64,000 nt of DNA from Lytechinus pictus (lineage: Eukaryota), in the NCBI RefSeq assembly GCF_037042905.1, contig NC_087249.1, positions 10,480,001-10,544,000 on the forward strand. Reading direction: 5' to 3'. Below are positions 1-12,757 of the stretch, in pieces. A program made the translations under genes and the position numbers. Under the pieces are notes generated by a model. That model ran no database searches and was not told the DNA's origin. It saw nothing but the letters and a program-made list of their open reading frames with translations. The number at the start of each line of letters is the position of its first letter. The first letter of the stretch is position 1.

Positions 1-642
1 TTCCTTCCCCCTCTTCCTCTTTTTTCTCTTTTTTCCCTCTTCTTCTCCTTTTTTTTCTTCTTTTCTATCCCCTCTTCTTTTTTCTTTTTTTCTTTCCCCT
101 CTCTTTTTTTCTTTTCTTCTTGCATCCCTCTTCCTCTCTCTCCTTTTCTTTTCCCCTCTTCCTCTTTTTTCTTCCCCCTCTCCCTCCCCCTCCCTTTTCT
201 TCTCTTCCTCCGTTTTTCCTCTCTCTTTTTCTTCTCTTCCTTTCCCCTCTTCCCCTCTCTCTCTTTTTTCTCCTTTTCCTCTCTTTTTCCTTCTCTTTCT
301 TTCCCCTTTTCCTCTCCCTTTTCCTTCCCTTCCTTCCCCCTCTTCCCTTTTTCTTCTTTTATTTCCCCCTTTCCTCTCTCTTTTTTCTCCTCTTCTTCCT
401 TCCCCCTTTTCCTCTCTCTTTTCCCCTCTTCTTTTCCCCTTTCTTTCTCTTCTCCTCTTTCCTCCTTCTTCCTCTCTCTTTTTTTTTCTCTTTTTCCTTC
501 CCCCCTCTCCCTCTCTCCTTTCCTCTTTTCTTTCCCCCTTTTCCTCTCTCTTTTTTCTCTTTCTTTCCCTCTTTTCTTTTTTTTTTAGCCGAAGGGGGGG
601 GGGGCCAAGGCCCCCTCGGCCCCCCCCATGGATCCGCGCCTG
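1..642. mobile_element. Right end of a hAT-type non-autonomous element containing a ~590-bp polypyrimidine (C/T) tract; left end lies outside the window
   Basis: Almost pure C/T tract 1-586, then a G-run/C-run subterminal hairpin and the TIR TGGATCCGCGCCTG (629-642). The same end architecture occurs at 36880-37036. Confidence 0.6.
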
Positions 643-3037
643 GGCACATGAAATCTGGCTCTGAATGCCTTTCAACATGCCATGTTCTTGAATCACAACC
701 CCCTGCTATTGCTCCTCTCCCTAACGCGAGAGTGAACTCGATAAAGGCGCACTGAGCAATCTATTCTCCGGTAACACAATTTCATGTTCAAATGTAACTA
801 TTCAAACGGGGAACGGGGAGTTGATACGACTGGTGGCCTCACAAGTGTATGAAAAGCTGAGATTGTATCAGTTTAGGTTTTTTTTCCTTGTTTCCTTCCT
901 GAGCTAGAGAAGTTTTGTATTGCCAGACGCCACGCACACACGGGTGTCGCCTTCAGTTTTTATTTCATTGCGAAGGTGAGACAGGGTAATGGCGTGCTTA
1001 TGAGATCGTTTTAAAGCATGTGAAGCAGCGAAATGTTCAATTAAAAAAGATCAGTACGTTCAGAAAAGAAAAAAAAAGATATGGCGATAGCGGGAAAACA
1101 AGATTTATTTGTAGGAATGAATGAGTCCCCATTAAAGAAAGCAAAACAAAAAAGTTTGAAGGTTGAACTATACATGTGTAGTAGTATAGACCTATAATTT
1201 TAGAAGATTTGATAAGTTATTAGTTATTTTACTTTTGGGGCTGTTATTGTTATGGTGGAGTGATAAATATTCAAAATTTGGATGAAATATGAAGGTAAGC
1301 ATTTTTAAAAGAAAACAATATATTGGAAATTTAAAGGGACGTTTGTGTCGGAGACAGTAAAACAAGAGAAAATTGAGAGAAAAATAAATATTGGAAGACC
1401 ATTGACAAATATTTGAAAAAATAGGGGTAAGTTAAATTTTCATTTGATAACCGAATTGATTTACGAATTTCTTACACACATTTCAATCTTATGAATTATA
1501 AGTAATCTATTTGCGATTCATCTTTCTGGTACTGCACGTTGGTGAGAACAATTTTCGTTATAATTTGTGAGTATACAATAATAGGTTTCCATTCTTAATG
1601 AAGGCCTACTATTTCTGTGAATCAACTAATTATATTTTCATAAGCCATTTCTTGAACAAGGTCCAGATATCATGTTAGTGTATTTATATTATTTCAATTT
1701 AATAATGACATCTTGAATAATACATGTAAGTTCCTTTTACATGGTTTGGATTTAAAGTCAATATAGTATCAATATTAAGATAATTTAAAATGTAATATTT
1801 ATTGAATAAAACATTATGATGCTTTTCAATCACCGAATAAGGAATGAACCATATATATATCATATAGATTGAAAAGATGATAATAACAATTTAGAAGTCA
1901 ATTCAAACCCATTGTTTGGATTTTTCCTCGCGTCATGCCCTATTTCCTGCTCTAATAAAATGTTCATTTGAGGACTTCCCAGCCCACCGATCAATACTAA
2001 AGCAATTGGAATGTGTACACAAGCAGACAGTGTAAGAATGTAATTCTATCAACTTTTACCCGCCAAAATATAAGTCAACGATGTCGTCTGCGTTCAGAGA
2101 AGAACAGGGAACGTCTTAAAAGGCAGCAAGAGCTGTATTGGGACATCATGGGACAGAAGATATTGTGACGTTGAAAATTCGGCTAATGAATCCTATTGAA
2201 TCCTTTATAGCAATCTTAGAATTGAGAGGTTTTAAACTTTGTATTGCAGATGAATTTGAACTATTACGCACGAAACCGAAATAAAATGTCACCTTTTAAA
2301 CATAACTTTGCATTCATCTTATAACGGTGTTAGTTGTCAACAAGAAATATGCATAAGTATCCCTTAAAACTTCAAGACAAAGCAAAACGGTTATACAAAT
2401 GAGGAAGCAACATTGTATTGGAAGATCATACCTACCAGATGACATTGAATAAGATTTATTGACTTAGATTAAATATGTTAATAATCGGGAGGTAATGTTT
2501 TAACAATAGAAAATAGTATCTAGGCTCCTCTCATTCGCTTTATTGTTGATTATATTTGAAAATGAAACGAGAAAGGTGTATGAGATTTGTATACTGTGGC
2601 AAAATTTTAAAGGAATTGTGAGGAGGAAACGAATTGTTATTCGAGGTCTATGACTTTCAAGTGATTTGATTTGTTTGATTCTTATTGCCTGCTTCCATAT
2701 ATCAATTCCATAACAAGCATGAATGAGGTTGCTTTTTTATGATTCATGGATTACACGTACAAAAGATATTATTTCAAACATTACTGATCTACTGTTATTT
2801 GTTATATAACAGTTATTTTATAACATTCATATTCATATATATAACATATCACATTCAGGAGAAACATTGCCATCATAACAAAGAAAAATGCTTTAAAGAA
2901 ATGACAACTCTTAAAAAGACAACTGTAACATAATCATAATTTACGGCATTGATCTTGAGGAAAAACCGAAATAGTTGGCAGCCGGATGAATACATCGGTA
3001 TTTCTTGTCACACCATATACTTTCTCACACTGTTCAC

Positions 3038-6000
3038 TTTTTTTTTTTTTTTAAGGATGTTTTATTGTATTCTCTCAAATCAAAATAAACATTCACATTC
3101 CATAAGCAAGTTGTACAAACTATTTGAAACATGATTATAAATTATACAATAAATCCATAACAAATATAATTATACAAACTATACATCAAACTTCAAAGAT
3201 ACTAGAAATTAATACTAATGCGTTTCAGCAATTACAAAATGAAATATTAACAAGATGTATGAATGATAAGAGAGAAAAAAAAAGATAAAAAGTGTTGTTC
3301 TACCTCCCAAACCCCCCCCCCCCGTCCCTAGGTTAGGAGCACCCTCCCCTTTTTATGCCTATACTCTACATGGAAGGGACTACAATTCTCCGTATTTATT
3401 TATTTTTGTATTTTTTGTGTGGTTTTGTATCTCGTTGTATATATACCTTTGCCTCACTCTCCCTATATATTCTTTTAATTCAGATTTTCCCATTTCCTTA
3501 AATGTAGAGACATCTTACCTCTACCTAGCGCCAGCCTTCTTTCTTCCCATTCTTCTTCTTTAAATTTCCTTTTAATTTCATCAATGGTTATAAGTGCACC
3601 CTTTTCCCTCCCTTTGAAAATTAAAAATTTAACAAAGATTAGAAAATGATTGACTAAACGTTCCTTTCCTTCGTCCTTTAATTCTACACCTATAACAAGA
3701 ATTTCCTCCCAGCTTAAATTGCCCGTCGAAATAAAACCAAACATCTTCTTACAATTATCCCAAACCAGACAAGCATATTCACATTCCAAAAATAGATGGC
3801 GATATGTTTCTTCCTCTTTTTTACAATAACAACAAAGATTATTCTGTGAGATTTTAAAACGGAACAAGTGATGATTTGTATAAGCAATGCCGTGTAACAT
3901 TTTAAACTGAAACTCTCTTAATCTACTGTTCAGAGTACATTGTCTTGGTCTCATAAAAATCTTTTCAATCTTTTCATAAGAAAAACTATATTTGTTTTTT
4001 AACCTTTCGAAAACATCAGGTATTGTGAAGTTACATTTCATAAAATTTGCATAAACGTTTTTAGATACTAACTCCTCTATTGACAAAATTCTTTTTCCAG
4101 ATATAAATGATATTTCTTCCCTAAGAGAAGCCTCTTTGCTATCTATTTTCATATTTCGTTTCCAGCTGACTGGAAAAGTTTTATAAATTGACTCTATCAA
4201 ATGAAAATCATTTATGTTTAAACCCTGTCTTTGGAAGTACGAAAATGACCTTAAGTTTCCATCACAATCCATAATATGTTTCAGTCTGTAAATATTTTTT
4301 TCATATAATTTTTGGTTAAATATGCATTTCCCTTCAATTCGTACAAATTTATTGTTAAAAAATATCTAATTTCCTTTATATGTTTCAGATTTTAATCGAA
4401 AATCCTTCGTCTCTATCCATACTTCTAGCAAATCTATATAAAATTGCGGCAATGCTATCTCCAACACTCCAAGCAAATAATCGCATGAAAATATAAAATT
4501 TCCTCCTAGATGTTTTGTGGCATAATTGAAATATTGTTTCCATTTCATTGCATTATTTTCTTTTAGTCGTTTAATCCACATAACTCTCTGTGCCTTTATT
4601 AACCATTGAAAATTCATCATTTTCAAGCCGCCTTGATGGTAATCTAAATACATCGTTCTTTTGTTGATCTTATTTCTGCCAACCCACAAAAAAGTAAAAG
4701 CCAACTGATCAAGTTCAACATAAACCCATCCTGGGATTGGTGTGAGAGATGCCACATATATGAATTTTGAAAAGATAAATTGCTTTAATAATTGTATTTT
4801 GCCCATCAAAGTTAAATCTCTTTGCTTCCACCAGTTTAACAACTTCTTTATTTTACTTAATATTTCTTTATAATTCAATCTTTCTTTTACTTCTACATCT
4901 AAAGAAAAAAATACACCAAGAATCTTTATAAAATCCACCTTTTGGCCAAAAGATAAATCATATGATTTTCCTTGAGAGGAACCTAGTAATAAAACCTTCG
5001 TCTTATCGCTATTAACTCTAAGTCCTGATACTTTTCTGAATTTTTCTAAAATTTCTATTACTTTTTTGACTGAATCTAGATCTCGGACAAAAATAGACAT
5101 ATCATCTGCATACAAAACCTGTTTTACTTCTTCCTTTCCAAAGGAAATTCCTTTAACATCATTATTATATCTTATATTATGCGCTAATACTTCTATGCAT
5201 AAAATGAAAAGATATGGTGAAAGCGGATCTCCCTGCCTTACCCCTCTTTCCACATTAAAATAACTTGTAGAATCTCCTCCATTAAAAATACAACTTTGGC
5301 TATTTGTATACAATATTTTGACCCATTTGCGAAATTGCTGGCCAAAACCGAATGAACCTAATGTGTGATGTAAAAATTTGTGGGATATCGAATCAAAGGC
5401 TTTTTCTAAATCAATTGCTATCATATACCCAGGGATATTATTATATAACGTATGAAAAATCATATCATCAATTAATCTGATAGCTTCTCCTATATTCCTG
5501 TTTTTAATAAATCCTATTTGATCTGCTAACACAACGCTTTCCAAAACCTCTTTAATTCGTTTTGCTAAAACTTTGGATATGATCTTATAATCTGTATTCA
5601 ATAACGAAATGGGTCTATAATTCTTTACGTAATGTGGGTCTTTCCCTTCTTTAGCTAATAAAATAATAATTGCTTGTTTTTGTGATGCAGAAAGTTCTCC
5701 AAGAGCAAAAGCTTCATTGAATGCCCCAATCAATACATCCTTTATTTCAGCCAAAAATGTACAATAAAATTCAACTGTTAACCCATCGTTTCCAGGGGAT
5801 TTATTTTGCTTCATTTCTTTCAGTACCGAAATACACTCCTCTTCTAATATATCCCCTTCACAGCTTTCAGAATCTTCAGATGTTAACGTTGGTACATTTT
5901 TAAAGAAATCCCTAAAATCTTCCGTGTATTCCCTAGCATAAAGATGGGTATAAAATGATTTAATTTCATTTAAAACTTCTTTCTCATTTTCAGTAATTTC

Positions 6001-6048
6001 TTCGTTAACCTTAACTAATTTTGTAATAGTACTTTTCTTCTTGTTAGA
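3038..6048 (-). mobile_element. 5'-truncated Tx1/L1-clade LINE with poly(A) tail
   Basis: Poly-T at 3038-3052 (poly-A on the minus strand), 3'UTR, and ORF2 homology reaching ~6048 where it is truncated. No TSD recognised. Confidence 0.9.
3475..6047 (-). pseudogene. LINE ORF2 fragment (RT domain plus C-terminal CCHC zinc knuckle), Tx1/L1-like, one in-frame nonsense codon
   Basis: Motifs KSPGNDG, NYRPISLLNTDYK, DLEKAFD, GVRQGDPLSP, YADD and C-terminal CxxC..EETYRHLFLEC. ORFs 4366-5814 and 3475-4272 are in the same frame, separated only by the TAG at 4366-4368. The frame stays open upstream of Met 5814 (..EIKSFYTHLY..). Confidence 0.92.
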
Positions 6049-6149
6049 TTGACTTGTGTCAATATCGATTCAAATTGAATTGATCATGTTTTTACAGGTA
6101 AAGTATGATCATTATTTTGTCTAATTTTTAAAGATTGAAGAATGTAGTT

Positions 6150-6480
6150 GCAATTGAGAATTATTTCATGAGCAAGTCTATAAAATCAAGTTTAATTGTC
6201 ACCATATTATCATAGATCCCGATCTGGTACATTTACATATACTTATCTGCGTGGAATCGTGAAACACAGAAAAACATATGTGGGACAAAGTATTATTATT
6301 GCTTTAAAAGAATACCAGACATTTGATTTGATGGACTTCCCTGCTCCTTTCCCAGCAATTACACATTCACTTCCAGAGCCATTTGGCCACATATTTTCAA
6401 AATTTATTTTACATACAAGCACCAAGGTGGTCATTTAGTGGATTCTGTTCGAACTAATCTTAAGGATCATTACGATAACT
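6150..6480. repeat. Dispersed repeat fragment, related copy at ~40960-41340
   Basis: Shares 'caagtttaattgtcaccatat...tagatc...gatc.ggtaca' and downstream similarity with 41000-41300. Confidence 0.55.
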
Positions 6481-8081
6481 TGCGTTTGTCTTTAAGATTC
6501 TGGTTCACTAAACTGTCCACAGCCAAGAGAGTGTGGTAATTTGAGCGTAGTGTGAATAAGTACAGCCCCATGTATAGATGATTTAATTTTGCCATTGGTA
6601 ATCAAGTAAAAGTTTTCCACCCCAAAAAAGGAACAACTTTCTAAGGTTGTAATGCATTGGTACTAAGAACATACGTATATAGCATATTATTTATGATATT
6701 TGTAATGACTTATTAGAATAATGGACTGATAATGATACATGCAAGATCTTGAAGTATGCTTAAGCAGACACTTTGCCTCCATCTAATTAAACTGTGAAGG
6801 GATAATGTAACAACAGTCTTCAGACTGCAACCGTGATTACTATTCTAAGACATAGATTATTTCTTTTATAAAATTTTGATTGTGAAACCCAGGTATTCAT
6901 TCAACATTCTTAATATAAAAATGGCACCTTTCTTAATCTGATAGAGAGAAGGTTAAAAAAGTTTGACTGACTTACAGTAAAGCAGGAGATCGATCGTCAC
7001 GTCTGGCGCAACTCAAAACGATCGATCACGCACAGGGGTGCCGTTTTAAGAAGATGAAACTCCCTATCGCCCGTTCGAACAGATCTCCAGGGCACAAGTT
7101 TAGAAATCAAGAACACTGAAGCATGTGCACTTAAACCATTGCTTTCTAAGCTCAGGGCAAGGCTTGATTTAAAATTTCATAACGGGTCATATTAAGAGAA
7201 CACCATAACAAGTAGATAACGGTGTAAGGCCTAATTTTGATAGTAGGGCGTAACTTCCAGGCAGTAATTTGGTGATTGGTGTTTAAAGCCAACCTCGGCG
7301 TTTTGTCTTAAAGAAACGTTTTCTGGTCGAGTAAAACGAAGTCAAATAGAAGTTCAGTGTCCTTGATATCCAAATATCGGTTTGGAAATGTATCCCCCTA
7401 TGTCATTTATAACAGTGGTAAAATGAGCCAAAAATGTTGAGGCGCTAGACATGGCGTATGGAGCTCAAATTAAAAACAATGTGAGCGAGTCGAACAAACG
7501 AGCAAAATTATTAACCTTTTTGATACAAAAAAATGATAGATTGTGACATATTATTCAGAAAATAGTGAAATATTCCACATTTTCGTTTCCTGTTCTTTAT
7601 TTTTTCGCTTTTATCTTCGTCTTGTAACTTTCGGGGGGGGGGGGGGTGGCCCTCAAATCTGCCCCCCTCTGTACGCCAGTGCTATATAGTTATTCTTACT
7701 TTTGGTTGGTATCCATCAGCTGCAGATTCTGGGAGAAAAACTGAGGGCACCTCATCCTACTCCCGATAGAGACACCCTCTCTCTATCCATACAAACACAC
7801 ACAAGCGAGCACCCCTCCTGCATGTCTACACACACACTCACCCACACACACATTTACATATATTCAACCATAACATATTAGACTACATCCACCCTTACAA
7901 CCCTGTCCCCCTGTCCCCACTCAAATTTTTTCCCCACACCTGTTTAACGCTTACCCACGCTATCCCACAACAGCGCACACACCTATCAGTCTCCGTTCAC
8001 ACACTGCGCTACAGGGCGCCGAAACGCCAATGTGGTATCATCTATCTTTTTATACACAAACCAAATCTTTGGTGTTTTCCC

Positions 8082-8344
8082 CCTACTGGAAAGAACACAG
8101 TGTGTTCACAGTGTGGAACACCATGTGAAATCACGTTCACACTGTTAGATATGAGCATTTTAACAGTGTGAATGATATTATCACAGAGTCGACCATGTGA
8201 ACGCGCTGTGAACAGTCACACTGTCGAGGTGTCCACAGTGTGAAATATCTCCACTCATGTATTTGAGCATTTTAACAGTGCGAATAATATATTCACAGTC
8301 CACCGTGTGAACACACTGTGTGAAACTTTTTTTTTCCAGCCAGG
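8082..8344. mobile_element. Palindromic MITE with internal CACAGTGTG-type repeats
   Basis: Imperfect TIR cctactggaaa / tttccagcagg with mirrored cacagtgtgttcac / gtgaacacactgtg arms. Confidence 0.7.
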
Positions 8345-8381
8345 TTATGAGTTAGACAACTTTATATCCTAAAATATGGAA

Positions 8382-8968
8382 GTCGCAATGAGAAAAGGAC
8401 AAACGGGTCCTCTAAAATTCCCACAGTGGAATGCATTCCGATTTATTTTTGTAAAATCTGGAGTCTTTGAGCGATAGGGTATACGACGCTTACTTGGTTT
8501 TTATCTGCACGTATGACGCACACCAACTTAATAAAATCATTATCATGTGATATTCAAAGAAAGTGTATTGAGGGTTAATACACCCCAATTCAGGTTAAAT
8601 GGAGAGTCTTAGGCCTTCAAACTTGTGCATCCCGGGTCATTTGTAAGCAGAACTCCTCGGCCTTACTGGCCGAACAGTCACCCCAAAACTCAATTTAACA
8701 TCGGTATCAGCTACAAGTCAAATGGCAAAAATCAATATCTTGCTCCGTTCTACAACGTCCCCTTTCCCTTACCTTATTTTCCTCTACCCTACGCATTTTT
8801 TTATATGTGGGAACACACGCTAAAGGGTACGGCACAACAACTAGATCCCGTTTCACTCCGCGGGACCTGCGGCACTCTTTCCGTCTCGTTATATGCCTTG
8901 AAAGGTCGGTGCTCGCAGGCGTGGCTCTGGGTCCTAAACGTTTGACTTACACCGATGTAAGGGTTTGG
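8382..8968 (+). ncRNA. Candidate structured RNA domains (multi-way junction plus long hairpins)
   Basis: Nested helices found by eye, with G-U pairs on the + strand. See findings. Confidence 0.4.
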
Positions 8969-11073
8969 AGAAGAACACGAGATTAACATGTTCAGGGTGA
9001 TGTCCCAGTCGCTCAACTTTCAGTTGATACTCGTGATTATATTCTTGGCCATTCTTTGAACGCACGACCAATGAACTTAACCATCACAATTTCAAATAAA
9101 GAAGATCATGATGCACCGAACATTCACTACTTATTTTAACCTAGCAAGGGTAGTAAAGAATCACCTTTTTTCTCAATTTATATAGTTGTGATGTTCCACA
9201 GTAACTGTCCTGAAAAAATATGGAATTCATTGATAATGCTTTAATTATCACTATGATTCCTCAGACATGTCAGATCTGTCCACTAAGAAACAAGGAAAAC
9301 TTTAAGTAACAAGGTACAAGACAAAAAAAAATGTTGGCAAAATTCGGAGGATATTATATTATATTACCGACGAGTTAGAACAATCTAGTCAAATCGTTAC
9401 GAGAGATTACTTGGTTTGCCCTACTAGCAATTTACAATTCTGGGGAATGAGTATCGTCATGGTGTCTGAATTTTTTTAAAATAAGATATTTTATCTCTGT
9501 CGTAGAGTAAACTAAGTTTACATTCTATCGTACGAATAATTATTATCTATACAAGTCATGATCTAAGATTGAACTACACGGTAACACATGATAGATGATA
9601 ATAGTTCTCAAAATAATTGTTATAAAAGGGCCTACTTTTAAGTCAATGTTGCTCGAGCAAAATGAGAATATTGCAGACTGATCGTAGGCCTAACGAACAT
9701 TATTTTTTAAACATGAAGTAGACCATGGAGCTGGATATCATGATTATCGTCAGAGAACTCCCAAATAATGAGCTTGCGTGAGGTATCCCAGTCATAGAAT
9801 AAGTCAATCATAATCGTATCCAATGCGATACTGATACAGTCGATCGATAGCAAACATTCGAGATGCGGCTGAGATGGAACGAGAACCTATAACGCACGCT
9901 CAGAACGGTCGCCGAGGAAGATTCTGGGGGAAATAAGATGACAGATATGAAGACGAAACGGGGAAAGAAATATATTGCAAAATGATAGAGGTGTCATTTC
10001 AGATATCTGGATCAATTCGCGTCAATTTAATGCAAATTGCAATCGACGGAAACATTACATTCCAATTTGTGGCGAGGATAACGGACGAGGTGGGCAACTT
10101 CATTCCCTGAAAATGACACTGGTTGGAAGTGACATAGATCCATGATTAGCCCAGAAAAACGCGACTAACCGTAAAAAGAGGCGCAATTTAATAGATGAAG
10201 GGGCAATAAAAATGACCCATTTATAAAGTTGAAACGGCGGCGGGAGCGACCATGAATATAAAGTAAGTGGGGTTCGCCTTTTTCGTTCGACCACGGTTTA
10301 TTAAAACCTATAACGAATTAGATTCTCATTATAGTTCTTTATCATTATTTTTTCTTCTTACTGATTTTTTATTCAAAATCTGATAATTGAACATTTTCAT
10401 TGAGAATCTATTTCAAATGTAATGGGATTGGAAACAAATCGTGAATTTGAAATTGTTCTCCGTTTTATCCTTTTCCATCATTTTCTCCTTTTTTCTTGGT
10501 CGTGAAATCCAAAGCATCGCCATGATATACGCCAATGATAGATCGCCACAATGATTAAGCTTCAGAAATATTCTACATTGAGTGAAACACGTGTGGGGCA
10601 TGTTATTTTAAAGAATCAATTTATAATATATTATAAATTGATGTCTATCGTCTTAATACTAAACACGAAGTGCATGGTTTAGAAATATTTGATTACTCAC
10701 TTTACGTATTTTTTTTAAGTGTTCAGAGTAAGATTTTATTTGTCATAATTATTGTTTTCATTTACAAGATATAAAATAAAATCTCAACACAATTACTAGG
10801 AGCCCGTCCCACATTTAGAGATGGGATTAAATGTTACTCTCAATATCAAAGACAGATTGATTTTTAAACATCCATAAGCAAAACGTGGTCTTAAGATCAT
10901 GGCAGCCCATCTGTCATGTCTGTGATGGTAGGAGATATTGCGGAATATTGTTCTCAACACACTGTAAAATTCACCTGAAAAATTAGCCACTGCTGCCTTT
11001 ATTGAAGATGTGACCCAACCTAGCTTTACTGATATAATAATTGATGATCGTTTCGTAGACCATGGGCTTGAAG

Positions 11074-11430
11074 TTTATTTTATTTTATTTGTCTTCTTTA
11101 CACAAGGTAGCCTGTTCAGTGGTTGAGACACTGTTGTCAACCAGGGCCCTGCACAATACATTCATACATAAAACAATCAAAATAACACATTATATACAAT
11201 ACATTATGAAGTCGACATTGTTACACTGCAATACGATTAGAGAGAAATGATTTGAGTTCTTGAAAAGGAAGCAGTATTGGAAATTGACAGGAAAGTTTAG
11301 ATTAGTTAGTTGCACTTGCACAAACTGTGAGCCTATCAGCATTAGATATGAACATATAATAATCCTATAAGTTGTCTTGTTCTCCATAAATCTGAGTCTT
11401 TCAATAAGAAAGTCATTTCGTCTCAAAATC
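11074..11430 (-). mobile_element. Degraded 3' end of an L2-group LINE/SINE
   Basis: (TTTTA)n tail followed by a stem-loop (aggtagcctgttcagt...actgtt...gggccctgca) resembling the LINE tail at 25741-25794. Confidence 0.5.
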
Positions 11431-11684
11431 TTACGAAGTAAGCTAGTTCCGAACTTAAACGTTTGACGTAAGTCTCGCTCTCTCTCTCCCCCTCTCCCTC
11501 TCTCCCCCCTTTGGATTTACTCATGACAGTTCCCCCTCTCTCTCTGTCCCACGTTCGCTCCATTGTTTCCTGCATTGTGACGTTTCATTCCTCTATGACA
11601 GTCTATGAATAGATTCGAGAAGTTTTGTATTTCAAATACGAAATTAAATTGGCATATTCAATTACACGTAGTCAGAATTGAATA

Positions 11685-12062
11685 GGGCCAAGCTTTGACA
11701 GGATCCTCGATGAGAGATTTGCTCCGTAAACAGACATCTCTTCCAACTTCAATGACAAAAACGAGTCCTCGCTGAAATCTTATCCCATCGCCTGACAACG
11801 ACAGAAGGGATGCTCTCAAAAATGCCCTTATATCGTCTCATCGTGTTCCCTTCTCGCTTTCTCGCTCCGGTAGCCAGCTCGTATTTCATAATCTAATCGT
11901 CCTATCAGTGAGCGGCTCTCTGGTTCGATAGGACGCCGTGCCCAGCGGGCTAGCGTTCGAACAGCGGGCCGTGTCCTCTTGCTCACAGCCTTGGGGGCTT
12001 TTGTACATGAAGTGGCCACACGAGAACTCCCTTCGCGCTCGGTAATCGATAGCCAGACGATG
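11685..12062 (+). ncRNA. Candidate structured RNA domain
   Basis: Three-way junction 11685-11827 and 9-bp stem cgtcctatc/gataggacg. Confidence 0.4.
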
Positions 12063-12757
12063 ATCGTGCATGCGTAGTGCGTTTTTTGGTAGTGCGTGTA
12101 TTTTTCGCGCGTCCAGAATCCGAAATGAGAAAAGCTATACCAAGATATGAAAATGATAAAGTAGCTTTTACACATAAGAACTAGTTTTAAAGATTTTTAA
12201 GTGACATCGATTTTGACTTTGACCTGCAGAGCAATAAATTGTAATGTAGTAGGCCTATTACAAACATGACAAAATATCTTTACAATTTTGTTCTTTCAAA
12301 ATAAAGGCATAGTCTACAAAATACTGCAGTGATGTGAAGATCATATCTTTATTTTGTATTTTTCTAGCCATCTGCAATGCATGACACAACAATGTAACTA
12401 TAAAGTTTGCACCCATCAAATTATAATCCCTCAAATCATGAGGCAGATAACATGAAAAATATGCTTAAGACCTTAATGTAAGTGTTTCTTTAAGATATAC
12501 CTTACCTTATCAAATTGTTAGGACAGAATTAGAAAGACATAATCGTACAGTGACCTACATACAGACACATAAGAATATGAAATAGAATGGACATAAGATA
12601 GATGAATAAAAAATAAGAGAGATAAATAGAGGAATATAATACATAATATAAATGGTCTATAACATGTATACGGAGAAGGAAAACAAAATGAGATGATAGA
12701 GAATATTAGCAAGCGAGATATGTGATTTGCCTTTTAATATGTATGTTTATATATATA

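Noticed and set aside
120..755. 211-aa F/L/P/S-rich ORF and antisense K/R/E/G-rich ORF
   Set aside because: Translation of the polypyrimidine tract, which cannot contain stop codons. No coding evidence.
6075..6105. Recursive splice site (ttttacAG|GTaaag)
   Set aside because: Short pyrimidine tract, non-consensus donor, and it lies at a repeat/LINE junction.
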